From a virus (lineage: Duplodnaviria > Caudoviricetes), in the IMG/VR virus record IMGVR_UViG_3300011334_000247, positions 1 through 56,239 of that record: a stretch of DNA of 56,239 nucleotides; one strand, written 5' to 3'. A model generated the notes under the pieces. It did not search any database, was not told the origin of the DNA, and saw only the letters and a list, made by a program, of their open reading frames with translations. Position 1 is the stretch's first letter, and every line of letters begins with the position of its first letter. A program made the translations under genes and the position numbers. This document shows positions 16,764 to 26,236 of the stretch, in pieces.

Positions 16764-19700
16764 ATGGCCAATTGCACGTATCGGTTCACCGACGCGAACG
16801 GCAAAGAGCGAGTCATCGAAGGCCAAGCCGCATTTAAAGCGTACCTGGCCAGCGGTGGCCTGGAGCACTTGTTGCCCGGCACTGCCATCGCGCCTGCGCT
16901 CAGTAAGCGCCAAACAGAAACGCCTGCGTTTAAGAAGTGGTTTGGTGATAGCAAAGTCGTTGACGCTAACGGCGATCCGTTGGTCATGTATCGCGGCCAA
17001 CGAAAGGTAGCAAAACCCGATCGTTTTGTTATGACTCAAGGCCGGGCGTTGCCATCATTTGCTTCTGACCCAGATGTGGCAAACGTCTACGCCTTACAAC
17101 TTGATACTCTGAGTTATGGCAAGGGTTCAAACGTCATGCCGGTTTTTCTAAGCATGCAAAATCCGTTGGACATACGTTCAGCGGGCGAAGAGATTGCGCT
17201 AGATGAGTTGATGGAAAAATTGAATTGGGATTTTTCAATTGAGAATGGATTGAAAAATGAAAAACCTGTTATCGGCTACGGCGATCTTGCCGATGCTTTA
17301 GAAGATTTGGATGAATTGATTTATTCAACAAATGCTGAATTCAAAATTGATGCCGCAAATGCTAAAGGGTATCGGATTAAAAGTTTTGAAAAACTTGCCG
17401 ATGCCATAACCGAGTGGGGTGAGGACGGGGATATTGATTCCATAGAACTTGCTTTGACGGACGTTACTTTCGATACCTATCTTTTGGGTGATTCAGAGGG
17501 CCTAATTCGTTTGATTGAAAAATCTGGATACGATGGCATCATTCACAAAGACGTGTTTGATGTTGGGGCGGCTTATTACCCCGGCGATAAAACAAAATTA
17601 GAAGAGGGCATTGGCGGCGGTCCCGTAATAGATACCTATCGCCCGCTGGAACAGACTCAAATCAAATCAGCTATCGGTAATCGCGGCACGTTTGACGTTA
17701 CCAATCCCGACATTCGATTCAGCCAGCGCGTGCCCGAGCTGGAGCCTGAAGACGTACTCAAGCCAAGCACGATTGCAGCCGCTGAGGCAGCCATCAAGCG
17801 TTACAAAAAAGCCGAGGCACCCGATACCCTTACCGCCAAACAACGGGCCGATGGTGAGGCTCTGCTCAAGCCCCTGTTCGATGGAGCCACACGCAACAAA
17901 GCAGACTTCGACAAGACCCTGGACCAGATTGCCGAAGGCTTGGGTGGCTACGCCAAGAAGCCGGGCATCAAGGGTTTGAACCGGGCCGTCACCAAGCTGA
18001 TCACCGAGAACGGGAACGACCCAACCACGATGAAGGATTTGTTGCGCGGCACGATCGTGGTCAATACCTTCCAGGAAGCCCAGGAAGCGATCAATGAGAT
18101 CGGCAAGGCGTACACCTTCGATCGGATTAAAAACCGCTTGGCTGTCGATCTGACAAGCCCTGACGGTACTGTGCTCACAGGTGTTCCCTTGTCAACCGGG
18201 TACCAAGACATCCTGACAAACGTGACCCTGGAAGATGGCACGGTTGCAGAGATTCAGATCAGCACGCCCGAGATGTTGGCTGCCAAGCATTTGGGCCATG
18301 AGGTTTATGCGTTTGAGCGAGAGATGGGTAAGAGCCCGGTCAAGTCAAAGATGGTTGATTTGCAAAAGCAAATCTATGCCGAAGGCTACGACGCTTATTT
18401 GGCACGTGAAGCGAAGGCTTTGAAGACTCGTTCAAATTCAGCCTTGCCAACCGGGTCTGCCTTCTCGCGTACATCCGAAGGGTTGCGCGGCTCAGGTGCT
18501 GGCAACCAGGCGGTGGCAGAGTCCCAGTTGGGGGCCACTGTCACAGGCACTTCGTTCCAGTCAAAGAACATGGTGCCTGGTGGTAAGGATTTGAAGTCGA
18601 AGTCCATGTCACCAAGTATACCTGAAAGCATTGGTATCAACGTAAATCAAGACGGAAATAATAAATACGCCGACAAAATCGTTGACGGAAAAAAGACACT
18701 GGAGACCAGGGCGTCCGATTCGTTGCGCCCATACGTCGGCAAACGGGTGGCCATCGTCCGCACTGGCGAAGGCCCGGCCAAAGCAATTGGCGCAGTGACG
18801 ATCGGTGAACCTATCAAAGTCACCACACAAAAACAGTTTGATAAATACCGCGATCAAAGCCTGGTGCCCAAAGACTCCAAGTTCGACATCGCTCCAGGTG
18901 GCGTGAAGTATTTGTATCCTTTGGAAAACCCTGTGCGCTATGAGACTGAGCGCGACGTTGGCCAAGGCATCGTGGCTCGTAAGGTCATCGTGCCGGTAAC
19001 CCGGGCTGCGCAAAAGAACGCAGCAGCCAGTCGCGTGGACAACGTATCCGCCGATCGATTCAAACGAACCGAACAACTCCAGCAAGCCGTCAGTGATTTG
19101 CAAGATGGCAAGATCACACGCACCGAGTACAACCGCATGGTCGACCAAGTGCGCCCGGTCTATCCGTACAAGGACCTGCCCAAGCTGACGACCGCAGCCG
19201 AGGCACGCTATGCCCTGGCCAATGGCCGTGGCCAAAGTCCAGAGAAGGCAGCCAAATACAGCTTGCCATCCAAGACTCTGAAGGCCGGAGATTGGGCACA
19301 GCTTCGCCTGGACATCCCGTCTTACCAAGAGCACGACGCGTGGGTGGTCAGCGTGCATACGCCCAAGTCCACCAACCGCGAAGTGCAGGCTGCATACGAC
19401 GCTGGCCCGGTGATTGGCTATGAGTCGGTCGGCGCTTTGACTGACGCCACCTTTGGCATGAACCAGAAGGCCGCAGCCAAGATTGCCACAGGCACAGCCA
19501 AGGGCACGATTGCCACGGTGCTGGGCAAGTGGAAGCCAATCAGCAATGCCGCTGCCACGGTCCGCGCAAAGGCCGCGATGAAAGACCCGGCTTGGGTACA
19601 GGTTGGCATGGACCCATTCCGCCACAGCTACTTCTACAACCGCGACACCATGCAGCCGATCGTTCGTGCTGATGAGGTAATTCAGATTGGTCCCTTGGTC

Positions 19701-22361
19701 TTGGCCAAGAACCCAGGCTACAGCGAGGACGTCGACATCACTGGTGCCCCTTTCGCGTTTACCAAGCGTGAAGAGCTTGTCCAGATCGCGGACGACGCTG
19801 CACGCCAGGCTGTGTTCCTTCAGCAGAAGGCCAAAGAGGCTGGCTATAAAACAGTCGATGATTTTGTTGACAACGACTACAACAAGTTTGTCGAAGTAGC
19901 GAAGCAGTGGCGCGAAGAGAACCCAGCCGAGATGATGTTCTCTCGCAAGCCAGTTGGCCGTGAGACTGAGGGCTGGATATTCAGCCGCGATGAGCTTGGT
20001 CGCTTCCGCTTCGGGGCTGGTGCAAAGGCTTACCGATACGCGGCAGACGTGGCCAACATCGTTCTCGACAAGATCAACTTGAAGCCAGTCAGCCCCGAGC
20101 TGTCACGCGCTTTGCGCAAGATGAAGGTCGAAGTCGAGAAGGCTCAGAACCTCACAGTCGATGTGGCCAAGAATCTCAAAGACTTGCCCAAGCAAGAACG
20201 CGAGATGATCAGCGATGTGATTGAAGGCGAACTCAAGAAGGGGGCCATGCCCCCTCAGCGCGTGCTCGACCTGGCTGCATCCATGCAATCGATCATGTCT
20301 GAACAGACAGCAGAGCTGGTGCGCCTGGGCATGCTGTCACCCCAGGCCGCTGGCCGTTGGGATGGCAAGTACCTGCCACGGTTCTACGAACAAAAGCTCG
20401 GCGACGAAACCAAGGCTTGGGCAAAGGCAGTCAAGGGTTTACTTGGCCGCAAGAAAACCATGCAAGGCATTCGAGGCAGCAGCTTGAAAGCAAGGGGCAT
20501 GTTCCAGAACGTGCCAGTCAATGAGCTTGACGACTGGACCAACGAAGGTTGGCAAGTTCGTGACGACAACTTCGACCCAGCAGTCGACGACACCATTACC
20601 GTGTGGCGTGACTACACCCGCGATGAGCGCGACGACATGGGCGAGATTCGCGATGCAATGTTCCGCTTCGTCATGGGATACAACAAGAGCCAGCGCGACA
20701 TTGCACTTGGACGCTTGTACGAAAACTTGGCCAGCAGCTACGGCAGCAAGCGCGAACAACCTGGATACGTACAAGTACCTGCAACTAAGGTGGAAGACAC
20801 CATGGTCCCCATGTACGGCAAACTGTCTGGCATGTGGGTACCCAAAGAAGTGCTTGACCAGTTATCTGCGTTTGACCAGTCAATGCAAAACGACTTGACC
20901 AAGATGTACCTCAAGGGTTTGTCGATGTGGAAGGAAGGCAAGACCGTTCTCAATCCAGTCGCTCACGCAAACAACGTACTGTCGAACTTGACAATGGCTC
21001 ACTTTGCTGGCGTGTCTTATTGGGATACACACAAATACGTTGGCGCAATTGCTGACCTGGTCCGAGGTAAGGACATGGTCCAAGAGGCAAGCGACGCTGG
21101 CTTGTTTGGCGGCACGTTCAACCGCGCTGAGCTGTTGAAGGTATTGCCTGAAGAACTCAAGGCCATGGCACAGATGACCGAGTCAGCAGTTGGTCGCAAC
21201 GTCGACAGACTGTGGAACGCTTTGTCTTTGTTCTTGCGCAAACCCATGGGTGTTGCATACGATGCTGAAGATCAGTTCTTCAGATACCTGATCTACCGCG
21301 ACGCACGCAACCGTGGTTTGGATGTGGATGATTCAGTCGACTACGCACAGAAGTACATCTTCACGTATGACGATTTGCCAAAGGCTGCACGAATCATTCG
21401 AGACATGCCAGTTGGTTTGCCGTTCTTTAGCTACACATTCAAAGCCATACCAGCTTTGGCCAACACAGCACTCGAGCATCCGTTCAGATACGCTGCGCCA
21501 GCCGTTGCTTTGTACACAGCAAACGCTCTCATGTACGCAATGGCTGCAAGCCTGGGCGGCGGTGACGATGAAGACTGGTGGACCGTGATTCGTCGTTATA
21601 TGACTGACGAAGAGTTCCGCAACAAAACCAAAGAGATGGAAAAGCAAGAGCGCCAGTTCTTGCCAGAGTGGATGAAGGGCGCAAGCCTGTCATTGGGCAC
21701 AGAGAAAACCATTCGCTTAGGCATGGACGATCTGACCAACTTGCCTGTGTTCTTAGACGTGAGTCGCATCTTCCCAGGTGGCGACTTGTTTGACGCACAT
21801 AACAACGCCGGTGGTGTTCCGCTGCTTGCACCGTTGACACCGAACAATCCAATCCTGACCACGGCTGCGGCGATGCTGTTCAACAAGGACACGTTCCGAA
21901 ACAAGGACATCGTTCTCAAGACAGACACCGATGCCGAGGCTGCACAGAAACGATTGGCTTGGACCTGGAAGCAAGTCTCACCTGCGATCGCTGTGGGCAA
22001 CACTCACTTCGAGCGTGCAATGAACGTGATCGCCAACAGCACTGGCCAACCTGTCGACGTGGGCCTGGCCGAGTACACCGGCATCGGTGCCGACGGCTTG
22101 CCCATCCAGGGTAAATATGCAGCGATGCAAACCGTGGGTATTAAGGCGCGACCAATTGACCTGGATACATCAGAGAAGATTCAAGCGTCGCAAACCAAGG
22201 CGATGATCAGAGACTTGGATACTCAGATACGCAAGCTCAAGCGTTTGGAAAGCAAGGGCGCGATCACTCCCGAATCGTCGGAACGTGAACGTGAGAAACT
22301 GAAGCAGAAGAAACAGTTTTTGAAAGAGGGCTTGACGGTTGAGGGTGAAGAGAAAGACTGA
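16764..22361 (+). CDS. Giant polyvalent ejection protein 2 (ART-like, RelA/SpoT-like nucleotidyltransferase, ASCH and other domains)
   Basis: 1865 aa; FKKWFGDSKVVDANGDPLVMYRG...GYDGII...QIKSAIGNRGTFD (~16920-17720); KGLNRAVTK...KDLLRGTIVV...GYQDI...AEIQI...GHEVY (~17900-18400); YADKIVDGKKTLETR ASCH (~18630-18990). Confidence 0.7.
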   Translation: MANCTYRFTDANGKERVIEGQAAFKAYLASGGLEHLLPGTAIAPALSKRQTETPAFKKWFGDSKVVDANGDPLVMYRGQRKVAKPDRFVMTQGRALPSFASDPDVANVYALQLDTLSYGKGSNVMPVFLSMQNPLDIRSAGEEIALDELMEKLNWDFSIENGLKNEKPVIGYGDLADALEDLDELIYSTNAEFKIDAANAKGYRIKSFEKLADAITEWGEDGDIDSIELALTDVTFDTYLLGDSEGLIRLIEKSGYDGIIHKDVFDVGAAYYPGDKTKLEEGIGGGPVIDTYRPLEQTQIKSAIGNRGTFDVTNPDIRFSQRVPELEPEDVLKPSTIAAAEAAIKRYKKAEAPDTLTAKQRADGEALLKPLFDGATRNKADFDKTLDQIAEGLGGYAKKPGIKGLNRAVTKLITENGNDPTTMKDLLRGTIVVNTFQEAQEAINEIGKAYTFDRIKNRLAVDLTSPDGTVLTGVPLSTGYQDILTNVTLEDGTVAEIQISTPEMLAAKHLGHEVYAFEREMGKSPVKSKMVDLQKQIYAEGYDAYLAREAKALKTRSNSALPTGSAFSRTSEGLRGSGAGNQAVAESQLGATVTGTSFQSKNMVPGGKDLKSKSMSPSIPESIGINVNQDGNNKYADKIVDGKKTLETRASDSLRPYVGKRVAIVRTGEGPAKAIGAVTIGEPIKVTTQKQFDKYRDQSLVPKDSKFDIAPGGVKYLYPLENPVRYETERDVGQGIVARKVIVPVTRAAQKNAAASRVDNVSADRFKRTEQLQQAVSDLQDGKITRTEYNRMVDQVRPVYPYKDLPKLTTAAEARYALANGRGQSPEKAAKYSLPSKTLKAGDWAQLRLDIPSYQEHDAWVVSVHTPKSTNREVQAAYDAGPVIGYESVGALTDATFGMNQKAAAKIATGTAKGTIATVLGKWKPISNAAATVRAKAAMKDPAWVQVGMDPFRHSYFYNRDTMQPIVRADEVIQIGPLVLAKNPGYSEDVDITGAPFAFTKREELVQIADDAARQAVFLQQKAKEAGYKTVDDFVDNDYNKFVEVAKQWREENPAEMMFSRKPVGRETEGWIFSRDELGRFRFGAGAKAYRYAADVANIVLDKINLKPVSPELSRALRKMKVEVEKAQNLTVDVAKNLKDLPKQEREMISDVIEGELKKGAMPPQRVLDLAASMQSIMSEQTAELVRLGMLSPQAAGRWDGKYLPRFYEQKLGDETKAWAKAVKGLLGRKKTMQGIRGSSLKARGMFQNVPVNELDDWTNEGWQVRDDNFDPAVDDTITVWRDYTRDERDDMGEIRDAMFRFVMGYNKSQRDIALGRLYENLASSYGSKREQPGYVQVPATKVEDTMVPMYGKLSGMWVPKEVLDQLSAFDQSMQNDLTKMYLKGLSMWKEGKTVLNPVAHANNVLSNLTMAHFAGVSYWDTHKYVGAIADLVRGKDMVQEASDAGLFGGTFNRAELLKVLPEELKAMAQMTESAVGRNVDRLWNALSLFLRKPMGVAYDAEDQFFRYLIYRDARNRGLDVDDSVDYAQKYIFTYDDLPKAARIIRDMPVGLPFFSYTFKAIPALANTALEHPFRYAAPAVALYTANALMYAMAASLGGGDDEDWWTVIRRYMTDEEFRNKTKEMEKQERQFLPEWMKGASLSLGTEKTIRLGMDDLTNLPVFLDVSRIFPGGDLFDAHNNAGGVPLLAPLTPNNPILTTAAAMLFNKDTFRNKDIVLKTDTDAEAAQKRLAWTWKQVSPAIAVGNTHFERAMNVIANSTGQPVDVGLAEYTGIGADGLPIQGKYAAMQTVGIKARPIDLDTSEKIQASQTKAMIRDLDTQIRKLKRLESKGAITPESSEREREKLKQKKQFLKEGLTVEGEEKD
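18395..18607 (-). CDS. Candidate antisense-embedded 70-aa protein (putative antitoxin/immunity)
   Basis: MDFDFKSLPPGTMFFDWNEVPVTVAPNWDSATAWL...; TATACT (18620-18615) 7 nt before ATG; sense frame is Ser/Gly/Thr-rich filler over this interval. Confidence 0.55.
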   Translation of the reverse strand: MDFDFKSLPPGTMFFDWNEVPVTVAPNWDSATAWLPAPEPRNPSDVREKADPVGKAEFERVFKAFASRAK

Positions 22362-22563
22362 GGCGCATGTCGTCCAGTCTTTCCACCAATCGGTTGATTC
22401 GTTTCTGGTTGTACTCAACCATGGCAACGTAGTATTCGACCGATGTCTCTGCGTCCATCTGCGCAAGCTGGGCCTCAAGCAATTCGTGTTCTGCAATTTC
22501 GATTGGGGTCTTGGACCTGAAGACGTCACGTATGAATTGCAAAATGAGTTCACGCTTGGTCAT
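22264..22563 (-). CDS. Hypothetical protein
   Basis: MTKRELILQF...; coupled to upstream ORF; 3' end overlaps giant gene 2 convergently. Confidence 0.6.
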   Translation of the reverse strand: MTKRELILQFIRDVFRSKTPIEIAEHELLEAQLAQMDAETSVEYYVAMVEYNQKRINRLVERLDDMRLSLSLHPQPSSPLSKTVSSASVSHVHVPTIRE

Positions 22564-22799
22564 AATTTGTCCTTTACCCATAGGCAATCAAAACAAATCC
22601 TCATCATCCAACGCACAAACCAATTGGGTTCCTTGCCTTTGCTTGGACGATAAACAATGCCCACGCCACCTGGTCGGTTGCCAAACAAATAGCACTGCCA
22701 CTCAGACTGTTCTGGTCTCAGTTGAAACGTGTAGCTTCCATCAGCGTGAAGCGTGAAATATTCCCCGTCAAACGCTTTGTAGATTTCTTCTTGGCTCAT
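22560..22799 (-). CDS. Hypothetical protein
   Basis: 79-aa ORF with ATGA overlaps on both sides. Confidence 0.6.
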   Translation of the reverse strand: MSQEEIYKAFDGEYFTLHADGSYTFQLRPEQSEWQCYLFGNRPGGVGIVYRPSKGKEPNWFVRWMMRICFDCLWVKDKL

Positions 22800-23074
22800 T
22801 GCTTGAGGTCCCTGATGTATATGGCAAAGCTGCTCATGGTGTCGTGGCCAAAACCTTTGAGCTTCTCAACATGCTGCGCTACTTCTTCAATCACGTTGTT
22901 GCGCAATTCGTTGTAAAACTCTTCCGGTGTTTTAGCTTCTAGATCGCCAAGCCGTACTCGTATCTTGGTCATCTCTTCGGTCAGCTCTCGCATTTGATTT
23001 TCAATCTGACGCTTACGATTCAGTGACTCGACACGCTGCATGTGATTCCAGGCTTCGTCTTCTTCGTTAGTCAT
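22796..23074 (-). CDS. Hypothetical protein
   Basis: 92-aa ORF, coupled overlaps. Confidence 0.65.
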   Translation of the reverse strand: MTNEEDEAWNHMQRVESLNRKRQIENQMRELTEEMTKIRVRLGDLEAKTPEEFYNELRNNVIEEVAQHVEKLKGFGHDTMSSFAIYIRDLKQ

Positions 23075-23283
23075 GCTGCCCCCTTCTTTTTAGATGCGTG
23101 CAGTCTTGCAATTCTTGCTTCTCTGTTTTGCTTTTTAAACTCTTCGTCATAGATAGCAATCACAGACTCCATTGTGCCAAAAGTGTGGAGATTACCGCAC
23201 TCATACCGGCGATACGTTCCACCCTCACGTTTACGGGTTTCTTTAAGTTCCACCCAAACATCACAAACCGGGCACGTCTTCAT
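23071..23283 (-). CDS. Zinc-ribbon protein (NrdR-N/Ogr-like)
   Basis: CPVC...ETRKR...RRYECGNLHTFGTME. Confidence 0.6.
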   Translation of the reverse strand: MKTCPVCDVWVELKETRKREGGTYRRYECGNLHTFGTMESVIAIYDEEFKKQNREARIARLHASKKKGAA

Positions 23284-23636
23284 ACCATGGCCCCGGCCAG
23301 GGCCTGAGTCATTTCACGCATGCGCTTCTTTGCTCGATATGCAGCCGACCTTTCAGTCGCTGGTTTGCGATGTCTGGTTTTATCTTTGCCTGGACCCAGC
23401 TTGTATATCTTGATGATGTCTCTGCCCCTGATGTCCTTCTCCCATCCGCTGATGTGAGCAGCGCCTGCTGCATGCAGTTCGCGTGTGTACTGCAACACAG
23501 TCACGTAGTGCAAGCCAGTCATCTCGGCCAACTCCATGCAGCTGTAGTTGCCATCCCACAAAAACTTAATCAGCTGGGCCTGGGTAAGTGCGTTGATCTT
23601 GATGAGCTTCTTGCCTTTAGTTTTTGGCGGATTCAT
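23280..23636 (-). CDS. HTH DNA-binding protein
   Basis: SCMELAEMTGLHYVTVLQYTREL helix-turn-helix. Confidence 0.6.
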   Translation of the reverse strand: MNPPKTKGKKLIKINALTQAQLIKFLWDGNYSCMELAEMTGLHYVTVLQYTRELHAAGAAHISGWEKDIRGRDIIKIYKLGPGKDKTRHRKPATERSAAYRAKKRMREMTQALAGAMV

Positions 23637-23731
23637 GCAAACCCCCAGCCTGCCCACATCAAGCCTGATATGAGTCCCGCTAAGAACCAGGTAAGACACC
23701 AGCCCAACACAAAGAGGATGATGTATTTCAC
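23633..23731 (-). CDS. Small hydrophobic peptide, 32 aa
   Basis: Read manually: MKYIILFVLGWCLTWFLAGLISGLMWAGWGFA; overlaps both neighbours by 4 nt. Confidence 0.5.
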   Translation of the reverse strand: MKYIILFVLGWCLTWFLAGLISGLMWAGWGFA

Positions 23732-23946
23732 CGGGTCACCTCTCTGAGTTTCTCCATGTAGTGCCAAGCCTTGCCAGCGTCGTCGCTGTCCTTGCGCCCC
23801 TGCCGCATGGCGTACTTAATGATGTTGCCCTTGAGAAAACCTCGAAACTCTTCCGGTGTCAACACTGCTTCCATCACGGTCCACGGCTGCACGGCCATGT
23901 CCTTGTAGTGGCTGCCACCAACTTGTGTGTCGTCTGCATTCATCAA
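23728..23946 (-). CDS. DUF3310 / SaV-like protein
   Basis: QVGGSHYK...QPW...GFLKGNIIKY..R.G.K...KAWHY. Confidence 0.8.
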   Translation of the reverse strand: MMNADDTQVGGSHYKDMAVQPWTVMEAVLTPEEFRGFLKGNIIKYAMRQGRKDSDDAGKAWHYMEKLREVTR

Positions 23947-25964
23947 TCAATCTCCTTCATGTAATAGGGTGTTGCAAATCCATCGGCACGCAAGGGTAAG
24001 CCTGGTGCCCAACTCAGTGACTGGCCCATGACTGCTTCGGCCTTGGCCAAGTCGTCCGTGCCCCTCGACTCGATGATGATCTCATCGTGAACAGTGAACA
24101 GCTGGTCATGCCCAGCTTCATCAAGGGCCAGCATCGACTCACGCAAACAGTCGCGTGCAATCGCCTGTGTGATGTTCTCCACCAGCTTGCCCCCGTACGT
24201 TGCAAGCCTGGTCCACTGCTTGGTCTTCTGGTCCTGGCCTTCGTATGTCAACGACCCAGCACTGGCCACCACGTACTTGCCGCCGGTCTTGCTGTTCTCC
24301 CTCACCAGGTCCTCGTTCTCAATACGTGGTTTCACGTAGAACAGCTTGCGACCGCTTGGCAATTGAATAGTGAGAAACCCTGACTCGTATCTGAAAAACA
24401 ACTTCGACTTATGGTTGGCGATCTCCAGTGCAACCGCCGTCTTGTTGGTCACCGCCTGCTTGGCTGCACGCTCGACCGAGTACCACAGCTTCACGATCTC
24501 AGGGTTGGCTTCGCGCCATGCCACCTTGATGGGATCGAGCTCTTCCTCTGTCAGGCCCATGGCCAAAGCGCCCATGGTGGTCAGAGCACCGACGCCGCCC
24601 TGGTAGCCAAGCGCCAGCTCAGCAACCTTGCCTCGCTGCCTGTATGGTGACTTCTTGTCGACGCTGCCAGCGGGCAGCTTGAACATCTGCTCAGCCGACG
24701 CCTCGTAGATTTTGCCGTGGGTCTTGAACACTTCCAACCGCCACTCGCACCAGGCCAGCCAAGCGATCACGCGGGCCTCGATGGCGCTGAAGTCGATGGA
24801 TAGTAGGGTAGCCCCAGGGCCTGCAATAAAGGCCGTCCTGATGAGCTGTGACAGCGTGTCAGGCACCGTTCCAAACATCATTGCAAGTGTGTCGAACTCG
24901 CGCATCTTGACCAGGTCGCGTGCCAGGTTCAAGTCTCTGAGTTTGTTCTGTGGCAGGTTCTGAACCTGCACGATACGACCGGCCCATCGGCCCGTGCGAT
25001 TGGCACCATAGAACTGGGTGAGTCCTCGCACGCGGCTGTCTGCGCACACGGCCCGCTTCATGGCGCTGAACTTGGACACGCTGGTCTTGGCCAGCTCTTG
25101 CCTCAACATCAGCACCTGGTGCACGGTCTCGTTGTCTGTGTTGGCCAACAACGTGGGCACAGTCTTCTTGGTCAAGTCCGCGATGGTGTCATCGTCCTCA
25201 GCTTCTTGCAGCCACTTGAGTAGTTGATTGCGGCTGTTCGGATTGTCCAGGCCGGTGAGCCTGACCGCCTGGTTGGTCAGTCGTTCTTTGAATAACTCGG
25301 AACACTCGATGGCCGCGTCGACCAGGTCAGTGTCAAGCATCACGCCTCTTGACATCATGCGGTGATCGAGATGCCACAAGCGCCATTCAATATCAGGCAC
25401 TGGGAACTTGGCCAGCTTGGTTGCAATCTCGTATTCAGACTCAACGTCTCGTGCGCAGTAGTCTTTGAACAGCTGCCACTTGGCTGGGTCATGGTGCGAT
25501 CGGTTGCGTGTGCGGCCACCGTTTGTTTTGGTTGGTTTGCATGGGATGCAGAAGTACCTGATCAAGCCCCAGCCTACGGCCATCTTCTGCTTGTCCGGGT
25601 CAATGCCTACGACCTTGCCAACGTCAGCCAGGTTACCCGGCATGCCAAGGTAGAGGGCGTGCACGCTTGTGCATCTCCACTGCTCAGGCTTGATGAGGTG
25701 CGGGCCAAAGTGGGACCCGATACAAGCCATCTCAAACGCTGCGTTGTACGCGGTCTTGATAACGGTCGGGTCGGTGAGTGCGTCCATGATGTGGTCGGGT
25801 AACTCTTCGCCGTTGGCCAAGTCGTACACAGCCACCTGGCCGTCACCGTATTTGAAACCGAACAACATGATCTCGAAGTCGTCGCTCTCAACGTACTTGT
25901 GCACGCCACACTTCTTCAGGTCGACGCTGCTGTACGTCTCCAGGTCAATACGAAGCGTGATCAT
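23943..25964 (-). CDS. DNA polymerase, family A, with 3'-5' exonuclease
   Basis: IDLETYS, AYNAAFE, YCARDV exo motifs; RTGRWAG, DFSAIEARV, RQRGKVAELALGYQGG, TVHDEII. Confidence 0.95.
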   Translation of the reverse strand: MITLRIDLETYSSVDLKKCGVHKYVESDDFEIMLFGFKYGDGQVAVYDLANGEELPDHIMDALTDPTVIKTAYNAAFEMACIGSHFGPHLIKPEQWRCTSVHALYLGMPGNLADVGKVVGIDPDKQKMAVGWGLIRYFCIPCKPTKTNGGRTRNRSHHDPAKWQLFKDYCARDVESEYEIATKLAKFPVPDIEWRLWHLDHRMMSRGVMLDTDLVDAAIECSELFKERLTNQAVRLTGLDNPNSRNQLLKWLQEAEDDDTIADLTKKTVPTLLANTDNETVHQVLMLRQELAKTSVSKFSAMKRAVCADSRVRGLTQFYGANRTGRWAGRIVQVQNLPQNKLRDLNLARDLVKMREFDTLAMMFGTVPDTLSQLIRTAFIAGPGATLLSIDFSAIEARVIAWLAWCEWRLEVFKTHGKIYEASAEQMFKLPAGSVDKKSPYRQRGKVAELALGYQGGVGALTTMGALAMGLTEEELDPIKVAWREANPEIVKLWYSVERAAKQAVTNKTAVALEIANHKSKLFFRYESGFLTIQLPSGRKLFYVKPRIENEDLVRENSKTGGKYVVASAGSLTYEGQDQKTKQWTRLATYGGKLVENITQAIARDCLRESMLALDEAGHDQLFTVHDEIIIESRGTDDLAKAEAVMGQSLSWAPGLPLRADGFATPYYMKEID

Positions 25965-26215
25965 TCCGCTGGCCTGGTGTCGATAAACACCGGCGTGAGG
26001 TCACCCATCCATGCGCCTATCGTGTTGAACTCGAAGAACTCTTCTGCCTCTTCGCGTGTCATCTCGCGTGCCAGTATGTCGATCACTATGGTGCGGTCAT
26101 AGGCAACGACCGGGTCCATACCAAACCTGTGCGCTACACCGATGATGGCTTCATCGAATATGTTTGGTTCTAAAAAGATTGCACTCTCTATCTCGTCAAT
26201 GATGCGTCCTCGCAT
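25961..26215 (-). CDS. Conserved phage hypothetical protein
   Basis: AGGAG RBS before MRGRII; FDEAIIG...VAYD...EEAEEFFEFNTIGAWMGDLTPVF. Confidence 0.7.
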   Translation of the reverse strand: MRGRIIDEIESAIFLEPNIFDEAIIGVAHRFGMDPVVAYDRTIVIDILAREMTREEAEEFFEFNTIGAWMGDLTPVFIDTRPAE

Positions 26216-26236
26216 AGCTGTTCTCCTGGTTAACTG

